20,110 nt of DNA, taken from assembly GCA_031367385.1 (NCBI GenBank), contig JANLPS010000460.1, positions 1 through 20,110 on the forward strand, given 5' to 3'. The position numbers and the translations under genes were made by a program. Of the stretch, positions 16,999-20,110 are shown piece after piece. The stretch is from Archangium sp. GTDB taxonomy: Bacteria; Myxococcota; Myxococcia; Myxococcales; Myxococcaceae. Under the pieces are notes generated by a model that saw nothing but the letters and a program-made list of their open reading frames with translations, did not search any database and was not told the origin of the DNA. The stretch's first letter is position 1. Every line of letters starts with the position of its first letter.

Positions 16999-18047
16999 GG
17001 TGACGCCGCGTGGTTCTTGTAGCTGTAGAGCATCGCGTGGGCACCGCGGGTCTCGTTGCTGATGTACATCGTGCCGTCGGCCCCGAACGCGATGCCCTCG
17101 GGCTGTGCGTGCATGAGTGGGTTCAGCCCCGCGACCTTGACCACGGTGCCGGTCGGCTCCAAGACCACCAGCATCGCTCCACGGGCCGAGAGAAGGTACA
17201 GCTGGCCGGTCTTGGGGTGCACCGCGATGGCCGAGGGCGCGAACTCTTCGCCCATGTTGCTCTTGAGCGACGGGTCATTGCCGTGCGTGCCCACGTAATC
17301 ATCGATGGCTTGTCGCGGCAGCACGATGACCGGCTCCCGCACGACGGCGTTGGTCTCGGGGTTCATCGCGTAAATCGCGAATGACTTTCTCCCCTTGGGC
17401 AGCTTCGGCAGCTCGGTCTTGCACAGCAGCAGGGTCTTTCGGCGAGACGGGTCGTAGGTCATGCCTTCCATGTTGCAGGCCGGGCCGAGGGTGGTGTCGA
17501 GCGTTCGGGTGCCCGCATCGGGCCCGCCCAAAAAGAACAGCAGCCCATCGCTGGCCCCGACGATCAGGGTGCCGTTGAGTTGCACGAGGGCCTCGTAGTC
17601 ACCGCGGGGCCCGAAGTCGTGTGACTCCGCGATGCCACCGTCGGCGAGGTCGATTCGATACACGGTGCCCAGCTCGTCGGTGACCCCCCACAGGCTCTTC
17701 GAATCAGGCGACATGGCCAAATCGGAGATCTCGTTGAGCTCAGCCGGCAGCTCGTAGGTGCGGTCGGGCGCCGTCAGCGCGTAGGCCCAGGTTGAAGGCA
17801 CCGGGCCTCCGTCGGGGTTGCCGTGCGCCGGCTGGTCATCGCCGGTGAACATCGCCGCGATTGGAGACGGCGACTCGGCGCTGGCGTGAATGGCTTTCTC
17901 GGTGACCCGCGGGGGCAGCAGCGACTTGGTGTCGGCCGGGTCGATTTCGGGCGACTGATCAGGCAACAGGCGAAAGCCGATCACGAGGCACGCCGCGGCG
18001 ACCGCCAGCAGGGAGAGCCAGGTGCTCCAATCGGTCTGTCGCTTCAT
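16995..18047 (-). CDS. YjiK/SdiA-regulated-family beta-propeller with N-terminal membrane anchor, paralogue 1 (350 aa)
   Basis: ATG 18047 is preceded by AGGTG (alternative GTG start at 18056). LNEISDL, WGVTDELG, GDYEAL, CNMEGMTY, LLLCK, PSAIAVHP, QPEGIAF, MYISNE. Confidence 0.82.
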   Translation of the reverse strand: MKRQTDWSTWLSLLAVAAACLVIGFRLLPDQSPEIDPADTKSLLPPRVTEKAIHASAESPSPIAAMFTGDDQPAHGNPDGGPVPSTWAYALTAPDRTYELPAELNEISDLAMSPDSKSLWGVTDELGTVYRIDLADGGIAESHDFGPRGDYEALVQLNGTLIVGASDGLLFFLGGPDAGTRTLDTTLGPACNMEGMTYDPSRRKTLLLCKTELPKLPKGRKSFAIYAMNPETNAVVREPVIVLPRQAIDDYVGTHGNDPSLKSNMGEEFAPSAIAVHPKTGQLYLLSARGAMLVVLEPTGTVVKVAGLNPLMHAQPEGIAFGADGTMYISNETRGAHAMLYSYKNHAASP

Positions 18048-18063
18048 TGCATGCACCTGATCT

Positions 18064-20110
18064 TCAAAAGCCTGTTTGGGTGAAGAGCGGGCCGATGGCG
18101 AACACGAAGCGGCTCGCTCCTTCGAGTGAACGGTAATAGTTGAAGGAGACCCCGACCAGGTCGAGCACAGACCACCAGAGGCCGCCGCCGTAGTCGACGT
18201 GGTAGGCGTTGCTCTTGATGGTGGTGCCGAACACCCGCCCGTGGTCGATGGAGAGGTTGATGCCGGCAGACCCCGGCAACCCGCGGGCGAAGCGCAAGAT
18301 GTCGATGCGCAGGTCGGTGGTCTGCGCGAACGCGAGATCTCCGGCCAGTTGGTTGTAGTGGTACGCCCGCAAGTTGGTGCCGCCCAGCGTCGGCGCCAGG
18401 TAGAAAGGGTGCGGGCCGATGATGCCTTCGACGACCGCGCGCGTGATCAACACCACGCGGCGCTGGCGGTCGAACGGTATCGCGACGGCCGCAGCCCCCT
18501 TGTAGGTCAACGACATTTGCTCTCCGCGGCCGATATCACGGCGCCCGGTCAGCGAGGCGTGCAGCGCGACGCCCTGGGTGGGCAGCACCAAGTCGTCATA
18601 GGTGTTGGTCTCGGCGAAGAGCCGAACGCCTCCGAAGTACCGAGCCCCGAGCATCTCGGGCGTGACATCGGGAGCGACGGCCACGTACCGGTCGGCCGTG
18701 TTCTCGGTCACGATGATCTGGCCGATCGCGTCGGCCCCGACCCGGCTCCGCTGGCCGCCAAAGGCGTAGCTGAGGCCGTAGCGCGCTTCGTAGCGGGCTT
18801 GCAGCAACCGGTAGTACGTCGAGAGCGTGTCGAACGGTTGGTACTCGTTGGTGAGGCCGAAGAAGTTGCGGGTGTAGCCCGGCGTTTGAAGCGAGGCTTC
18901 TATCTGCTGGTCGAGCAACCCCACGCTGCGGGGGAACAGGCCGCGGTAGTCGAGCGCGACGCCGAGCGTGGCGGTGGCGAAGGCGGCGGCGAGCTCATGG
19001 CGTGCGGCGAAGGGCACCTTCTTGTACCCCTGCACCGTGTACGCGTAGCGGCCGCCGATGTACGCGCCGACGTCGGGGTTGACGATGATCTCCGGGGCGC
19101 CGGTGCCGAAGTTGGGCTCGTGGTTTTCGGTTCGCGAATATTGGTTCAGCTCAGCGTGGTCGGAGCGCTCGTCTCTCACCGCGACCGACGGGTCGATGCT
19201 GCCGCCCTTCTCGCTGTCGTAGAATTGAATCACCCGCGCATCGAGGGGGCCGTTGCGCGTGCCCGCCTCGGCCGTGACCGAGTCGTCGCCGGGCCCTCCG
19301 ACGAAGCGAATGTCGATGGAGGTCTTGGGTTCGCCGTGCACGACGAGCGTGTCATCGCCGTCGAGCGCAAAGAGCCGCAGCTCGTCGGTCTCGCGCGCCC
19401 GGTAGGTGCGGTCGAAGTACGGGTGCTTCTTGCCGGTGCCTTGAATCACCACGCGCACCGCGCCATCGGGGGTGAAGGTGAGGTCGAAGGTGTCGGCGTG
19501 GGTCGAGCCCACCACCTCGGCGCGGCGGTTGACGTGGTCGAAGAAGGCTTCGGCGACCTCGAGCAGCTTGTCTCGTCGCGCGCGCAGCGTGTCGGAGACC
19601 CGCTTGCCGTCAATCGCGTAGGCCTCGGGGTGCCAGGTGGCGAGGGCCTCGGCGATGACCTGGTCGCTCAGCGCGGCCTTGGCTTCGGCGGCAATCACCA
19701 TCCACCGATCGTGCGAGATCTGATTCAAGAAGGTGGGGTCGATGTTTCGCGCGTTGTAGGTCAGCCAGCTCAGGTTCGGGTAATCGGGCGAAAACGGCTG
19801 CAAGACGCGAATGTTGGCGCCCAGCACGCGGGCCAGAATGAAGCCCAGCCCGTCGTAGCTCGCGAAGGCCTGGTCTCGGTCGCGGGCAATCGGGCGGTAG
19901 GTCTTGGGGCCCTTTTCGGTGGGCGTCGCGGCGAACTTCCACTGGTCTTCGTGACGGTCCCAGTCTCCGACGAAGAGGTCGAGCAGCCGGGCGCGCAGCA
20001 TCGCTTCTTGGTCGACGGCGTGCTTCCACGGCTTGTCGGTCACCTTCTCGAAGGTGTCGTCGGTCGACTTGAAGCTGGTCTTGCCGATCTCGCTCGGGTC
20101 TCCAGCGATC
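18064..20110 (-). CDS. Omp85/BamA-TamA-type outer-membrane barrel protein with upstream atypical-kinase-like domain; 5' end outside the window
   Basis: Frame stays open beyond the track's GTG 20043 (...IAGDPSEIGKTSFKSTDDTFEKVTDK...). C-terminal amphipathic beta-strands, loop motif LGGTNLRAY (variant of the Omp85 VRGY/F), IDHGRVF, GGGLW, terminal Phe. N-terminal region has RARLLDLFVGDWDRHEDQW and PIARDRDQAF. Confidence 0.8.
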   Translation of the reverse strand, partial: IAGDPSEIGKTSFKSTDDTFEKVTDKPWKHAVDQEAMLRARLLDLFVGDWDRHEDQWKFAATPTEKGPKTYRPIARDRDQAFASYDGLGFILARVLGANIRVLQPFSPDYPNLSWLTYNARNIDPTFLNQISHDRWMVIAAEAKAALSDQVIAEALATWHPEAYAIDGKRVSDTLRARRDKLLEVAEAFFDHVNRRAEVVGSTHADTFDLTFTPDGAVRVVIQGTGKKHPYFDRTYRARETDELRLFALDGDDTLVVHGEPKTSIDIRFVGGPGDDSVTAEAGTRNGPLDARVIQFYDSEKGGSIDPSVAVRDERSDHAELNQYSRTENHEPNFGTGAPEIIVNPDVGAYIGGRYAYTVQGYKKVPFAARHELAAAFATATLGVALDYRGLFPRSVGLLDQQIEASLQTPGYTRNFFGLTNEYQPFDTLSTYYRLLQARYEARYGLSYAFGGQRSRVGADAIGQIIVTENTADRYVAVAPDVTPEMLGARYFGGVRLFAETNTYDDLVLPTQGVALHASLTGRRDIGRGEQMSLTYKGAAAVAIPFDRQRRVVLITRAVVEGIIGPHPFYLAPTLGGTNLRAYHYNQLAGDLAFAQTTDLRIDILRFARGLPGSAGINLSIDHGRVFGTTIKSNAYHVDYGGGLWWSVLDLVGVSFNYYRSLEGASRFVFAIGPLFTQTGF

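Noticed and set aside
16039..17578. Plus-strand ORFs over the YjiK genes
   Set aside because: Antisense shadows without motifs or an RBS.
18064..20110. Housekeeping bamA call
   Set aside because: No recognisable POTRA array, a kinase-like region is present, and the skp/lpxD context is absent.
1..20110. CRISPR arrays, tRNA/rRNA, IS elements, prophage or defence genes
   Set aside because: By eye I found no regularly spaced repeats, RNA-gene signatures, or transposase/integrase/nuclease motifs. A covariance-model scan was not possible.

Overview
High-GC, densely coding bacterial window, most likely from a myxobacterium (MYXO-CTERM tail, many lipoproteins, DGG/DAG linkers). I see no rRNA, tRNA, CRISPR array, transposase or phage genes. 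The left part holds a partial DUF2007/B-box-like Zn-finger gene (missed by the ORF track), a TIGR03118-like lipoprotein, yebC, a decayed alpha/beta-hydrolase and a 1.6k-aa M11-type metalloprotease with an Ig-like stalk and MYXO-CTERM. The middle holds a Cys-rich lipoprotein, an ankyrin protein, a beta-propeller/di-heme cytochrome c (bCcP/MauG-like) fusion, a small Pro-rich secreted protein, purine nucleoside phosphorylase, an AI-2E transporter, a BON lipoprotein, a glycine-zipper stress protein and sixA. The right end is a minus-strand operon: a partial Omp85/BamA-type barrel protein with an atypical-kinase-like DWDRHxDQW/RDRD motif pair, followed by two coupled YjiK/SdiA-regulated propeller paralogues. 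This operon, convergent with sixA, is the best candidate for an uncharacterised envelope phosphoryl/phosphate-processing system. The propeller-diheme fusion is second. All family calls come from motif recognition by eye, not from database searches.
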